Of a stretch of 64,000 nt of DNA, positions 45,499 to 55,156 are shown piece after piece. Source of the stretch: Alphaproteobacteria bacterium (GTDB lineage Bacteria > Pseudomonadota > Alphaproteobacteria > GCA-2731375); assembly GCA_965232515.1 (NCBI GenBank), contig CBDDPY010000002.1, forward strand, positions 1,440,001 through 1,504,000. Direction: 5' to 3'. Positions within the stretch are counted from its first letter, which is position 1, and each line of letters starts with the position of its first letter. The notes beneath the pieces are model-generated. The model had not been told where the DNA came from and did no database searches. It saw only the letters and a list, made by a program, of their open reading frames with translations. The position numbers were made by a program, and so were the translations under genes.

Positions 45499-47868
45499 TT
45501 AACGGCTCAAACAGGCGGCCGCGCAGGCCTCCAGAATGGCCTCCGTATCGATGCCGTGAATGCGATAGAGGTCGGGCACGTCGCCGGACTGGCCAAAGCT
45601 GTCGACACCCAGGCTGAAGACCCTGCGGCGCGAAGCCGACCCCAGCCAGGACAACGTCGCCGGATGCCCGTCGATCACCGTTACCAGGGCCGCGTCGGGC
45701 GCCAGCGGATCCAGCAGCTGACCGATGTGGCTCCTCACCTGGCGCTCGCCCTTGGCCCGCCGGCGCCAGGCATGGCTCCATTCCTGGAACAGCAGGTCCG
45801 GCGAGGTCACCGCCAACAGACCGGCGCCGGGGATGTCCTCGCACACGGCCTCGTGCGCCGCTTGCGCCTCGGGCGCGACCGCGCCGGCATAGACGATCGC
45901 CAGCTCGGCATTCGCGGCCGGCGGCACCAGCCAGTAGGCGCCGGCCAGAACTTCCTCGGTCAGAGCGCGGGTCATTTGCCGATCGGGCTGCGTCAGCGAG
46001 CGGGTCGACAGCCGCAGATAGACCGATCCGCCATCGTCGGCCTGCATGTGGGCAAAGCCCCAGCGCATGATCTCCGACAATTCGTCGACATAGGCCGGCT
46101 CGAACGACGCCAGCTTGTCCTGCCCCATGCCGATCAGCGGCGTCGAGATCGACTGGTGCGCGCCGCCTTCGGGCGCCAGCGTGATACCCGACGGCGTCGC
46201 CACCAGCATGAAGCGGGCGTCCTGATAGCAGGCATAGTTCAGGGCATCGAGGCCGCGCTGAATGAACGGGTCGTAGAGCGTGCCGATGGGCAGCAGCCGG
46301 GTGCCGAACAACGGCCCGGACAGGCCGAGGGCGGCCAGCATGATGAACAGGTTGTTCTCGGCGATGCCGAGCTCGATGTGCTGGCCTTCCTGGCTCATCG
46401 CCCAGCGCTGGGCCGAGACCACCTTCTCGGCGCGGAACACGTCCTCGCGCTTGTGCCGGTCGAAAATGCCGCGCCGGTTGACCCAGCCACCGAGGTTGGT
46501 CGAGACCGTGACGTCGGGCGACGTGGTGACGATGCGGTCGGCCAGCTCACTGTCGCCGCCGGCAAGGTCGAACAGGATCCGGCCGAATGCCTCCTGAGTC
46601 GAGATCGTGTCGCCGGACGGCGCCGGCAGCGCATCGGGCACGGCGATCTTGGCGGCGGGCTTGTTGCGCGATCCGCCTTGTGCGAACGGCGCGGCCGCGA
46701 TGAACGCCTGCAGTCCGTCCAGATCGACGTCGAGGCCGGCAAAGCGGTCCCACTCCTGCCCCTCCGGCACACGCATGGCCGTCTGGAACGCGCTCATCTG
46801 CTCCGGGCTCATCAACCCGGCATGATTGTCCTTGTGACCGGCGAACGGCAAGCCGTGGCCCTTGATCGTGTAGGCGATGAAACAGGTCGGCTCGTCGCCG
46901 TCGACATTGTCGAAGGTCTCCAGCACCGATTCCATGTCCTGACCGGCGAGATTGGTCATCAGCGCCTCGAGCGCGTTGTCGTCGTGCTCGTCGAGGATCG
47001 CCTTCATGCCCGACACATCGCCGAGATCGCGCACCAGATGTTCGCGCCAGCTCGAGCCGCCCTTATAGGTCAACGCCGAATAGAGCGAATTGGGGCAATC
47101 GTCGATCCATTGCCGCAAGGCGTCGCCGCCGGGCTGCGCGAACACGCGCTGCAGGCGCTTGCCGTATTTCAGCGTGATCACCCGCCAGCCCGTGGTGCGG
47201 AAGACGTCATCGACGCGGGCGAACAGCCGGTCCGAGATCACCGAGTCCAGGCTCTGCCGGTTGTAGTCGACGATCCACCAGGTGTTGCGGACATCGTGCT
47301 TCCAGCCCTCCATCAGGGCTTCGAAGATATTGCCCTCGTCGAGCTCGGCATCGCCCATCAGCGCGACCATGCGGCCCGTCGCCGGCGCCTCGCCCATCAG
47401 CCCCTTCATGGAAACGTAGTCCTGGACCAGGCTGGCGAAGGCGGTCATGGCGACGCCGAGGCCGACGGAGCCGGTGGAGAAGTCGACTTCGTCGGTGTCC
47501 TTCGTGCGCGAGGGATAGGATTGCGCGCCGCCCAAGGCCCGAAAGCGCTCAAGCCGCTCCCGGTCCTGCCGGCCGAACAGATACTGGATCGCGTGAAACA
47601 CCGGACTGGCGTGCGGTTTCACGGCGACGCGGTCGTCGGGCCGCAGGATCCGGAAATACAGCGCCGTCATCAGTGTCGCCAGACTGGCGCTCGACGCCTG
47701 ATGGCCACCGACCTTGATCCCGTCCCGGCTCTCGCGCAAGTGGTTGGCGTTGTGGATCATCCAGCTCGACAGCCACAGCACCTTGCGCTCGAGCGCATGA
47801 AGGTAGGCCAGCTCGTCCTGGGCGACATCGGTGCCGTCGCCGGTGACCTGTAGTGATGAAATCGACAT
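45499..47868 (-). CDS. AceE-like single-chain ThDP-dependent 2-oxoacid dehydrogenase E1 / transketolase-like protein
   Basis: GGHQASSAS, QSYPS, STGSVGLG, GDAELDEGN...DYNRQSLD ThDP motif, LGIAE, EGGAHQS and FGQSG. Confidence 0.85.
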   Translation of the reverse strand: MSISSLQVTGDGTDVAQDELAYLHALERKVLWLSSWMIHNANHLRESRDGIKVGGHQASSASLATLMTALYFRILRPDDRVAVKPHASPVFHAIQYLFGRQDRERLERFRALGGAQSYPSRTKDTDEVDFSTGSVGLGVAMTAFASLVQDYVSMKGLMGEAPATGRMVALMGDAELDEGNIFEALMEGWKHDVRNTWWIVDYNRQSLDSVISDRLFARVDDVFRTTGWRVITLKYGKRLQRVFAQPGGDALRQWIDDCPNSLYSALTYKGGSSWREHLVRDLGDVSGMKAILDEHDDNALEALMTNLAGQDMESVLETFDNVDGDEPTCFIAYTIKGHGLPFAGHKDNHAGLMSPEQMSAFQTAMRVPEGQEWDRFAGLDVDLDGLQAFIAAAPFAQGGSRNKPAAKIAVPDALPAPSGDTISTQEAFGRILFDLAGGDSELADRIVTTSPDVTVSTNLGGWVNRRGIFDRHKREDVFRAEKVVSAQRWAMSQEGQHIELGIAENNLFIMLAALGLSGPLFGTRLLPIGTLYDPFIQRGLDALNYACYQDARFMLVATPSGITLAPEGGAHQSISTPLIGMGQDKLASFEPAYVDELSEIMRWGFAHMQADDGGSVYLRLSTRSLTQPDRQMTRALTEEVLAGAYWLVPPAANAELAIVYAGAVAPEAQAAHEAVCEDIPGAGLLAVTSPDLLFQEWSHAWRRRAKGERQVRSHIGQLLDPLAPDAALVTVIDGHPATLSWLGSASRRRVFSLGVDSFGQSGDVPDLYRIHGIDTEAILEACAAACLSR

Positions 47869-47980
47869 AAACAGCCGCTCCCGACCGCGAATTGCGTATC
47901 AGCCGGGCGGATACTAACACGCTTCGCCGCCGACGCGCGTCAGCGGTCGGATTCAATACAATAAAGTCTTTGCGAAGCCG

Positions 47981-48232
47981 TCAGGCGGTGGAGGCAGCGC
48001 CAAGGCCGCACGGCCGATAGAGCTCGGTGAAGGCGTTGACGGCAAGAATACGGGTTTCGCTGGCATCGTCGATCGCCGGCACCTTGAGCTTGAACCGGAC
48101 ATGCGGAATGCCGAACGGGTCTTCCCCGACCCATACGACCGTCGCCTGCTCGACGATATTGTGCTCGCGCAGACGTTCGAAGCGCGCGCCCTCGGCGATC
48201 GAACTAGCGGGTCTACGCCGTCTAAAAAACAT
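47981..48232 (-). CDS. Small hypothetical protein (83 aa)
   Basis: MFFRRRR start with GAGG/AGGA RBS; beta-rich body with DPFGIPHVRF. Confidence 0.7.
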   Translation of the reverse strand: MFFRRRRPASSIAEGARFERLREHNIVEQATVVWVGEDPFGIPHVRFKLKVPAIDDASETRILAVNAFTELYRPCGLGAASTA

Positions 48233-48423
48233 TCCTGCCCTCAGCGATCGAGAGTTCTCCGACGTCAAAAATCTAAAGAATTGGTCTGAAAAAACCGTTA
48301 ATGCCAATCCCGCAAACCCCTAAAATGCGCGGTAAATGGCTGTCGTTCGGCCAGCTTACCCGCCATGGGCCGTAAGGTTAGCAATGACCAAATCCCGCGA
48401 GCGCGGTCGAGGCGGCCCGGCGA

Positions 48424-49815
48424 TCAGTCGCGCGCCAGCTTGCGCACGCTTGAGGCAGCGGCGATCTTGTTCTCGCCTGTATAGGATTCGTGGTTCTTGT
48501 CGATCTCGGACAGGTCGTAGAGGTAGTTGACCATCAGTCCCGCCGATTGCCGAAGGCCGTTCTCCGAGGTGTCGGCAAGCCAGTTGATACGTTCCAGGCG
48601 GGCGCCGTTCGAGAGATGGAAATGCGCAACACGGTCGTGCGCCGCGCCGCTGCGCTTTACCTCCAGCAGGTAACGCGCGCCGAGCCGCATCAGGATCGGC
48701 TTCAAAACAGCGGCGGTGTCTTCTTCTTCATACCAGTCGGGCTGGTCCAACAGATTGCGCAGCGCCGGGCCTGGCGGCTGATCGTCGGCGATACGGCTCA
48801 GATCCTGCGCTTCCGACGCCGAGAACAGTGCTTCGCCCTCGCTGCCGTCGAGCTGCGGGTCGATCCAGGCGCGGAAACCGGGCACCGGCGACAGGGTCGC
48901 GAATGTCTTCAGGTTCGGCAGGTTGCGCGACAGGTGGTCCGCCACGCGCTTGATCAGGAAGTTGCCGAAACTCACGCCGGCCAACCCGGCCTGCGCATTC
49001 GAAATCGAATAGAAGATCGCGGTGTCCGCGTCCTCGGGGTCGCCCGACGGTGCGGTCTCGTCCAGCAGGGCCTGAACGTTGTCGGCAATGCCGCTGACCA
49101 GCGCCACCTGCACGAAGATCAGCGGCTCGTCCGGCATGCTGGGATGGAAGAAGGCGTAAAGCCGCCGATCGGAATCGAGCCGGTTCTTCAGATCGTGCCA
49201 GGAGCGGATCTCGTGCACCGCCTCGTAGGCGATCAGCTTTTCAAGCAGCGCGGCCGGCGCTTCCCAGGTGATGCGCTCCAGCGTCAGGAAGCCGACATCG
49301 AACCAGGACGCCAGCAATTCGCGCAGTTCGTTGTCCAGCGCCTTCAGCGCCGCATCCTTGCGCGCCAGCGGCAACAGCTCCGCGCGAAGGTCGACGAGAA
49401 ACTTCACCCCCTGCGGCAAGCCGTTGAACTGGCGCAGCAACCGAATGCTCGGCGGCAGCAGGGCAGCGCGCAGCTGGCGCTCCGCGGCGACACGTCCGAC
49501 ATCGTCTGTCGCCGTGCGCCGGGCCGTGATCGCGGCCTCGACTTCGTCGTCGACGACGCCGTATTCGTTGGCCAGGATCTGCAGAAAGCGTTCGCGGCCA
49601 GTCGGATTGAGGGCCAGATACGCGCGGCCGAGTTCCGCCGCCCGCGCCCGCACCGACACCTCGCCGCCGGGCGCGCCGAGACAGGCGTCAATGCGCTGGC
49701 GCAGCAGATCGGTGTCCGACTGCGGCAGGTCCGGCGCCAGCGACCATGACTGCGAGCGCCCGCGCAGCGCCCGCTTCAGGCTGCCGAGCGTCCGGTCAAA
49801 CAGCTCGAGTCTCAT
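48424..49815 (-). CDS. Malonyl-CoA decarboxylase
   Basis: GVKFLVDLR, WFDVGFL, YEAVH, FYSISN, GNFLIKRV, TLSPVPGF, FHLSNGA and LMVNY. Confidence 0.93.
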   Translation of the reverse strand: MRLELFDRTLGSLKRALRGRSQSWSLAPDLPQSDTDLLRQRIDACLGAPGGEVSVRARAAELGRAYLALNPTGRERFLQILANEYGVVDDEVEAAITARRTATDDVGRVAAERQLRAALLPPSIRLLRQFNGLPQGVKFLVDLRAELLPLARKDAALKALDNELRELLASWFDVGFLTLERITWEAPAALLEKLIAYEAVHEIRSWHDLKNRLDSDRRLYAFFHPSMPDEPLIFVQVALVSGIADNVQALLDETAPSGDPEDADTAIFYSISNAQAGLAGVSFGNFLIKRVADHLSRNLPNLKTFATLSPVPGFRAWIDPQLDGSEGEALFSASEAQDLSRIADDQPPGPALRNLLDQPDWYEEEDTAAVLKPILMRLGARYLLEVKRSGAAHDRVAHFHLSNGARLERINWLADTSENGLRQSAGLMVNYLYDLSEIDKNHESYTGENKIAAASSVRKLARD

Positions 49816-49895
49816 TAACGGCCTCATGGTCCGCAAACACTAAAGACGATTTATTAAGATTGTTCGGACCCGCACAACCCCGTTCGGGCCGTGAC

Positions 49896-51353
49896 CTATG
49901 GTCGCGGGAGGTCCGCCAGCGCCGCCGGCAGGGTCTCGCAGAGGTCCTCGGCGATCAGGCCGGGGCCGAAATGCTGCGCCGCGGCGCCATGCAGCCAGGC
50001 AGCGGCACAGCCGGCATCGAACGGATCCATGCCCTGCGCCAACAAGCCCAACGCGATACCGGCCAGTACGTCGCCCGCGCCCGCCGTCGCCAGCGTCGGC
50101 GGCGCGTTCGTGTTGATCGCCGCCCGCCCGTCGGGTGCGGCAATGACGGTATCCGGTCCCTTTAAGAGAACCACGGCGCCGCTTTCCCGCGCCGCCGTCC
50201 GGGCCCGCGCGAGCTTGCCGCCATCCACGTCGAACAGCCGCCCGAACTCGCCCTCATGCGGCGTCATCAGGCACGGTCCGCGCACGGCCCTGAACAGCGT
50301 CTTGGGCGCCCGCGCGAAGACCGTCAACGCATCCGCGTCCAGAACGCAGGCCCGCCGCGTCTTCAAGGCCGCCAGCACGTGCCGGCGTGTCGCGGCGGTG
50401 ACGCCATTGCCCGGACCGACAAGGACGGCGTTGCGGCGGCGGTCGGCGATGGCATCGGCGAAACCGCTTGTTCCCTTGATCTCGGCCAGCATGACGGCAG
50501 TGAGCTGCGCGGCGTTCTCGGCCATGGCCGAGGTCGGCGCCAGCACCGTCACCAGGCCGGCGCCGGCCCGCAACGCGGCACGCGCCGCCAGCCGCGCCGC
50601 GCCGCTCTTGCCCCTGGGTCCGCTGGCGACGACGGCATGCCCGCGGCTGTATTTGTGGCCCTCGACCCCGGGCCAGGGAAGTCGCGTCCCCCACAGCGCG
50701 GGCGTGTTCTCCCAGGTCCGCGGTCCGATCTCGTCCAGCACTGCAGGCGGGATGCCGATGTCAACGACGCGAACCTCGCCGCAGCACCGACGGCCCGGCA
50801 GCAGCAGATGTCCTGGCTTGGGCCGGAAAAAGGTCACCGTCATCGCCGCCGGCAACGCATAACCGCAGATCTCGCCGGTGTCGCCGTGAACGCCGCTCGG
50901 CACGTCGACGGCGACGCTCGGCAGTCCACGGTCCGCCGCCGCGGCCAGCACATCCCGCGCCGCGCCGTCAACATCGCGCGTCAGACCGGCCCCGAAGATC
51001 GCATCGACCACCAGCGCCGCGCCGTCGAGCACATCCGGCGACATCGGCCACACCTTGCCGCGCCAGCGCTTCGCCATGGCGGCGGCGTCGCCCTTCAACC
51101 GCGCCTTGTCGCCCAGCAACGCCAGCCGCACCGGCGCGCCAGCAGCGCGCAGATGCCGGGCGATGACGAAGCCGTCGCCACCGTTGTTGCCGGGGCCACA
51201 CAGCACCGCGACGGGTTCGGAACCGAACTGCTCCAGGATTTCGTCGGCGACGCCCTTGCCGGCCGCCTCCATCAGAGTTATCCCCGACACGCCAGCCGCC
51301 ATCGCGGCCTGGTCGGCCGCGTACATCTCGGCAACGGACAGCAGCGTGTTCAT
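49896..51353 (-). CDS. nnr: Bifunctional NAD(P)H-hydrate epimerase/dehydratase
   Basis: LMEAAG, GPGNNGGDG, DAIFGAG, HKYSRG, TPHEGEF and ATAGAGDVLAG. Confidence 0.95.
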   Translation of the reverse strand: MNTLLSVAEMYAADQAAMAAGVSGITLMEAAGKGVADEILEQFGSEPVAVLCGPGNNGGDGFVIARHLRAAGAPVRLALLGDKARLKGDAAAMAKRWRGKVWPMSPDVLDGAALVVDAIFGAGLTRDVDGAARDVLAAAADRGLPSVAVDVPSGVHGDTGEICGYALPAAMTVTFFRPKPGHLLLPGRRCCGEVRVVDIGIPPAVLDEIGPRTWENTPALWGTRLPWPGVEGHKYSRGHAVVASGPRGKSGAARLAARAALRAGAGLVTVLAPTSAMAENAAQLTAVMLAEIKGTSGFADAIADRRRNAVLVGPGNGVTAATRRHVLAALKTRRACVLDADALTVFARAPKTLFRAVRGPCLMTPHEGEFGRLFDVDGGKLARARTAARESGAVVLLKGPDTVIAAPDGRAAINTNAPPTLATAGAGDVLAGIALGLLAQGMDPFDAGCAAAWLHGAAAQHFGPGLIAEDLCETLPAALADLPRP

Positions 51354-51378
51354 CGGCGCCCGACCCGGCAACCTGTCG

Positions 51379-52770
51379 TTACAACACCGGGCGCGCCGTG
51401 ATGGGATGCGCGGCCTCGTAGGCCTGCGCCGCCCGCAACACCAGATCCTCGCGATAGTTGGCAGCCACGATCTGCAGGCCGACGGGCAACCCATCCTCGG
51501 TGAAGCCGCAGGGAATGCTGCAGGCCGGCTGTTGCGTCAGGTTGAAGGGGTAGCTGAATGGCGTCCAGCCCAGCCAGTAGCCGACACCGTCCTCCTCCGG
51601 CGGATGCAGCCGACCGGCGTCGAAGGCGGGGATCGAGAGAGACGGCGTCAGCAACAGATCGTAGTCCTCGTGGAAGCGGCGCATATGGGCGCCAAGCTCG
51701 AAACGCCGCCCCGCCGCGCGCACATAGTCGGCGGCCGACACCCCCTGCCCTTCGGCAACGATGGCGGCCAGTTCCGGTTCCAGCTTCGATTGGTCGAGCG
51801 ACGCGAAGCCGGCCGCCGCGCCGCTCCACCAGTGAATGCGAAAGTCCTCGGTCGGATCGGCAAAGCCGGGGTCCCGCGTTTCCACGTTCGCCCCCAGATC
51901 GGCAAAGGCGTCGGCCGCCGCCTTGACCAATCGGTCGACCTCAGGGTGTACCTTCGCATAGCCCAAGTTCGCGCTGTACGCGATGCGCAGTCCGGCAACG
52001 CCGTTGTCGAGGCCGTCGGTAAAGTCGATGCCCTGATACGGCAGGCTGGTCCAGTCGCGTCCGTCGGGCAGGGCCAGCACGTTCATCATCAACGCCGCGT
52101 CACGAACGGTTCGGGTCATCGGGCCGATATGGCTCAAGCTGCCCATGGGGCTAGGCGGCCAGGCCGGCACACGGCCGAAGTTCGCCTTCAGGCCGAAGAC
52201 CCCCGTAAAGCCCGCGGGTATGCGGATCGATCCGCCGCCATCCGAACCGATCGCCAACGGCGCCATGCCCGCCGCCAACGCCGCTGATGCGCCGCCGGAC
52301 GAACCGCCGGGCGTCTTTTCCAGATTCCAGGGATTGCGCGTGATGCCGGTCAGCTTGCTGTCGGTTACGCCCTTCCAGCCGAACTCGGGCGTCGTGGTCT
52401 TGCCGACCAGCACCGCGCCATGCTCGCGCAGGCGGGCGACGCACGGCGCGTCGACCTCCCACGGTCCGGCCGGGTCGACCGTCAACGAACCGCGCAATGT
52501 CGGCCAGCCCTTGGTCAGGACGAGATCCTTGATCGAGGTCGGTACGCCGTCGAGCAGGCCTTGCGGTTCGCCCCGCGCCCAGCGCGCTTCCGACGCCCGG
52601 GCCTGATCCATCGCCGCGTCCGCATCAATCAGGTCGAAGGCGTTGACCTTGGCGTTGTGGGCGTCGATCCGATCCAGCACGGCCTGCGTCGCCTCGACGG
52701 GCGACAGCGTTTTGTCGCGATAGGCGGCAAGCAGGTCGGTCGCGGACAGATAGACGAGTTCTTCTGACAC
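51379..52770 (-). CDS. Amidase signature family enzyme
   Basis: Lys-cisSer-Ser triad motifs IKDL, GGSSGG and GSDGGGSIRIP; GTG start with GGAG RBS. Confidence 0.92.
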   Translation of the reverse strand: MSEELVYLSATDLLAAYRDKTLSPVEATQAVLDRIDAHNAKVNAFDLIDADAAMDQARASEARWARGEPQGLLDGVPTSIKDLVLTKGWPTLRGSLTVDPAGPWEVDAPCVARLREHGAVLVGKTTTPEFGWKGVTDSKLTGITRNPWNLEKTPGGSSGGASAALAAGMAPLAIGSDGGGSIRIPAGFTGVFGLKANFGRVPAWPPSPMGSLSHIGPMTRTVRDAALMMNVLALPDGRDWTSLPYQGIDFTDGLDNGVAGLRIAYSANLGYAKVHPEVDRLVKAAADAFADLGANVETRDPGFADPTEDFRIHWWSGAAAGFASLDQSKLEPELAAIVAEGQGVSAADYVRAAGRRFELGAHMRRFHEDYDLLLTPSLSIPAFDAGRLHPPEEDGVGYWLGWTPFSYPFNLTQQPACSIPCGFTEDGLPVGLQIVAANYREDLVLRAAQAYEAAHPITARPVL

Positions 52771-52852
52771 GGGGCAAGCACTCCGGCGGATGGGTTTCGA
52801 TTGGTGTCGTCGGCCGTATTCTCGCCGCAGCCGACGGCGGCGACAACCGGCT

Positions 52853-53749
52853 TCAGCCCGCGGGCAGCCAGTTGCGGGCCTGGGCCCGCACCTTGCGGGC
52901 CTGGGCCGGCGTCAACTGCGATCGCAGCTTGTCGAAATAGTATTCGGCGAGGCTCGGGTTCTGCGCCGCGCCCAGCAGCGTCCAGAAATACGATTTCTCG
53001 AGATCCCGCTCGACGCCCTCGCCCAGCAGATACATACGGCCGAGGAAGATCTGCGCGTCCGAATTGCCGGCGTTGGCGGCAACGCCGAAATGATAGGCCG
53101 CCATCTCCTTGTTCTTATTCACGCCCTCGCCGTTGTAGTAGATGAAGCCGAGATTGAAGGCTGCCTTGTCGATGCCGGCCGCGGCGGCTTCCGAGAAGAG
53201 CAGAGCGGCCCGCTCGCGATCTTGCCGCACACCACGGCCGAAATAATAGTGATAGGCGAGGTTGCGCTTGGCCTTGGCGTTGCCTTGCCCCGCGGACTGC
53301 TCGTACCAGTCGACGGCCCGTCGCAGGTCCTGCCGCACACCGCGTCCGTGGGCGTAGAATTGGCCGATATTGCGCTGCGCCTTGGCGTTGCCGGCGCGCG
53401 CGGCCTGCTCGTACCACCTGGCGGCCTCGGCATCATCCTGGGGTACGACCTTGCCTTCCTCGTAATAGATCCCGACCACGCGCTGGGATTCGATGTGCCC
53501 GGCCTCGGCGGCGCGGCGGAACCAGCTCAAAGCCGTCTCCGGGTCGCCGACGACGCCGCGCCCGGCATCGTACATGCGGCCGACGCGATACGCCGCCTCG
53601 GTGTTGCCCTCCTCGGCCGCGGCGGTGAAATGCTGCAGGGCGCTGCGGAAGTTGCCGGAATCATAGGCACGTTCGGCACGCTGCATGTCGGCATAGGCGG
53701 CCTGCGCGCCGCCGACCAGAATTCCCGCGACCAATATCCAGCTTCGCAT
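52853..53749 (-). CDS. Secreted Sel1-like repeat protein (six repeats)
   Basis: Signal peptide AYA|D; six 36-aa A...LG..Y..G.GV..D...A..W...AA repeats. Confidence 0.9.
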   Translation of the reverse strand: MRSWILVAGILVGGAQAAYADMQRAERAYDSGNFRSALQHFTAAAEEGNTEAAYRVGRMYDAGRGVVGDPETALSWFRRAAEAGHIESQRVVGIYYEEGKVVPQDDAEAARWYEQAARAGNAKAQRNIGQFYAHGRGVRQDLRRAVDWYEQSAGQGNAKAKRNLAYHYYFGRGVRQDRERAALLFSEAAAAGIDKAAFNLGFIYYNGEGVNKNKEMAAYHFGVAANAGNSDAQIFLGRMYLLGEGVERDLEKSYFWTLLGAAQNPSLAEYYFDKLRSQLTPAQARKVRAQARNWLPAG

Positions 53750-53871
53750 GCGTGTCGAGCTCGAAACCCTCTTTCTACCCGCGCCGCAATCTAACGGCGC
53801 GGCTCTCGCCAAACAATAGCCGCAACCAAGCTAGCACTGGACTTGATCGACTGCATGGAAGCGGGCTATCG

Positions 53872-54078
53872 ATGCGCATGCGTTTCGTCCTGGCCATTGC
53901 CGCACCGATCCTGTTGACCGCCGCCTGCGGCGGCGTCGACGAACCGCTGTTGCGCGACCATTATGTCGGCAAGTCGATCCTGCAGCCCGACAAGACACCG
54001 CAATACGTCAAGCGCGACGGCCAGGGCAATCCGATCCTGGAACCTGAGCGCAAATGGTGGTGGCCCTTTGGCGACTGA
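53872..54078 (+). CDS. Small putative lipoprotein (68 aa)
   Basis: MRMRFVLAIAAPILLTAA|C lipobox-like signal; C-terminal KWWWPFGD. Confidence 0.7.
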   Translation: MRMRFVLAIAAPILLTAACGGVDEPLLRDHYVGKSILQPDKTPQYVKRDGQGNPILEPERKWWWPFGD

Positions 54079-54102
54079 TCCGCAACCAAGCCGGTTCAAG
54101 CG

Positions 54103-55086
54103 ATGACGGTTCTGATCACGGGCGGTACCGGCTTCGTCGGCTTGAATATCGCCGAGGCGCTGGTTCAGCGGGGCACGCCGGTCCTGTTGTTCGATATCGG
54201 CGCGCCGCCGGACGAGGCCGTGCGGGAGCTGTCGGAGGGCGGCACGCCGGTCCACTTCGTTCAGGGCGACATCCGCGATCGCGCGGCGCTTGACGCGGCG
54301 ATCACGACGCACCGCGTCGAACAAGCGGTTCATGCCGCCGTGATCACCGCCGGCGCCGACCGCGAGGCCCGCGACGCGGCGACGATCGTCGAGGTCAACA
54401 TGCTCGGCACCGTCGCGATGCTGGAGGCGGCCCTACAGCATGGTCTGACGCGGTTGGTCTATCTGTCCTCGTCCAGCGTCTACGGCGACAACAGCTTCGA
54501 GGACGCGCAGCTTGACGAAGCCGCCACGCCCGCACTGCCGAATACGCTCTATTCGATCAGCAAGTATGCCGGCGAGCGCATGGCGTTGCGCTATCGCGAC
54601 CTGCGCGGCCTCGACGTCGTCTGCGCGCGGCTGTCGGCCGCCTTCGGTCCCTGGGAACGCGACACCGGATTCCGCGACACGTTGAGCCCACCGTTCCGCT
54701 CTACGCTGGCCGCGCTGCGCGGCGAGACCGTGACCCTGCCCCGCCCCGTCAATCGCGACTGGGTGTACGGCCGCGACGTTGCCGCCGCGGTGACGATCCT
54801 GCTTGAACGCGAACGCTTCGCGCACCGCGTCTACAATGTCGGGCCGGGCGCCGAGTTCGCCACATCGGATTGGTGCGCGTTGTTGGCCAAACGCTTTCCG
54901 GATTTCTCGTGGGCGATCGACGGCGGCGCGGACACGACTCTCTGGGGTGACCGCGACCGCAAGCCGCTCGCCATCGACCGGTTGACGTCGGACCTGGACT
55001 ACACGCCACGCTACCGGATTGCCGAAGCGTTCGATGACTACATGTCCTGGCTCGACCGGCATCCGGGTTTCGTCGACAGCCTCTAG
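54103..55086 (+). CDS. NAD-dependent epimerase/dehydratase (extended SDR)
   Basis: TGGTGFVG, SSSSVYG and YSISK (YxxxK). Confidence 0.9.
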   Translation: MTVLITGGTGFVGLNIAEALVQRGTPVLLFDIGAPPDEAVRELSEGGTPVHFVQGDIRDRAALDAAITTHRVEQAVHAAVITAGADREARDAATIVEVNMLGTVAMLEAALQHGLTRLVYLSSSSVYGDNSFEDAQLDEAATPALPNTLYSISKYAGERMALRYRDLRGLDVVCARLSAAFGPWERDTGFRDTLSPPFRSTLAALRGETVTLPRPVNRDWVYGRDVAAAVTILLERERFAHRVYNVGPGAEFATSDWCALLAKRFPDFSWAIDGGADTTLWGDRDRKPLAIDRLTSDLDYTPRYRIAEAFDDYMSWLDRHPGFVDSL

Positions 55087-55108
55087 AATGCGCTGCCCTT
55101 AAACGAGT

Positions 55109-55134
55109 AACGGCGGCTCTTTCGAGCCGCCGTT
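55109..55134. terminator. Hairpin between the convergent epimerase and dctP genes
   Basis: AACGGCGGCTC-TTTC-GAGCCGCCGTT; 11-bp stem with a GAAA loop on the minus strand. Confidence 0.7.
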
Positions 55135-55156
55135 CCCCGTTGTCGATCTACCGCGA

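Noticed and set aside
51379-52770. Amidase as malonamidase E2 or GatA
   Set aside because: It lacks the Arg three residues after the catalytic Ser that malonamidase E2 uses (here SIRIP), and no gatB/gatC is adjacent.
52853-53749. Periodic DNA similarity suggesting a repeat array or CRISPR
   Set aside because: Explained by 108-nt Sel1 protein repeats; no identical repeats with unique spacers and no cas genes.
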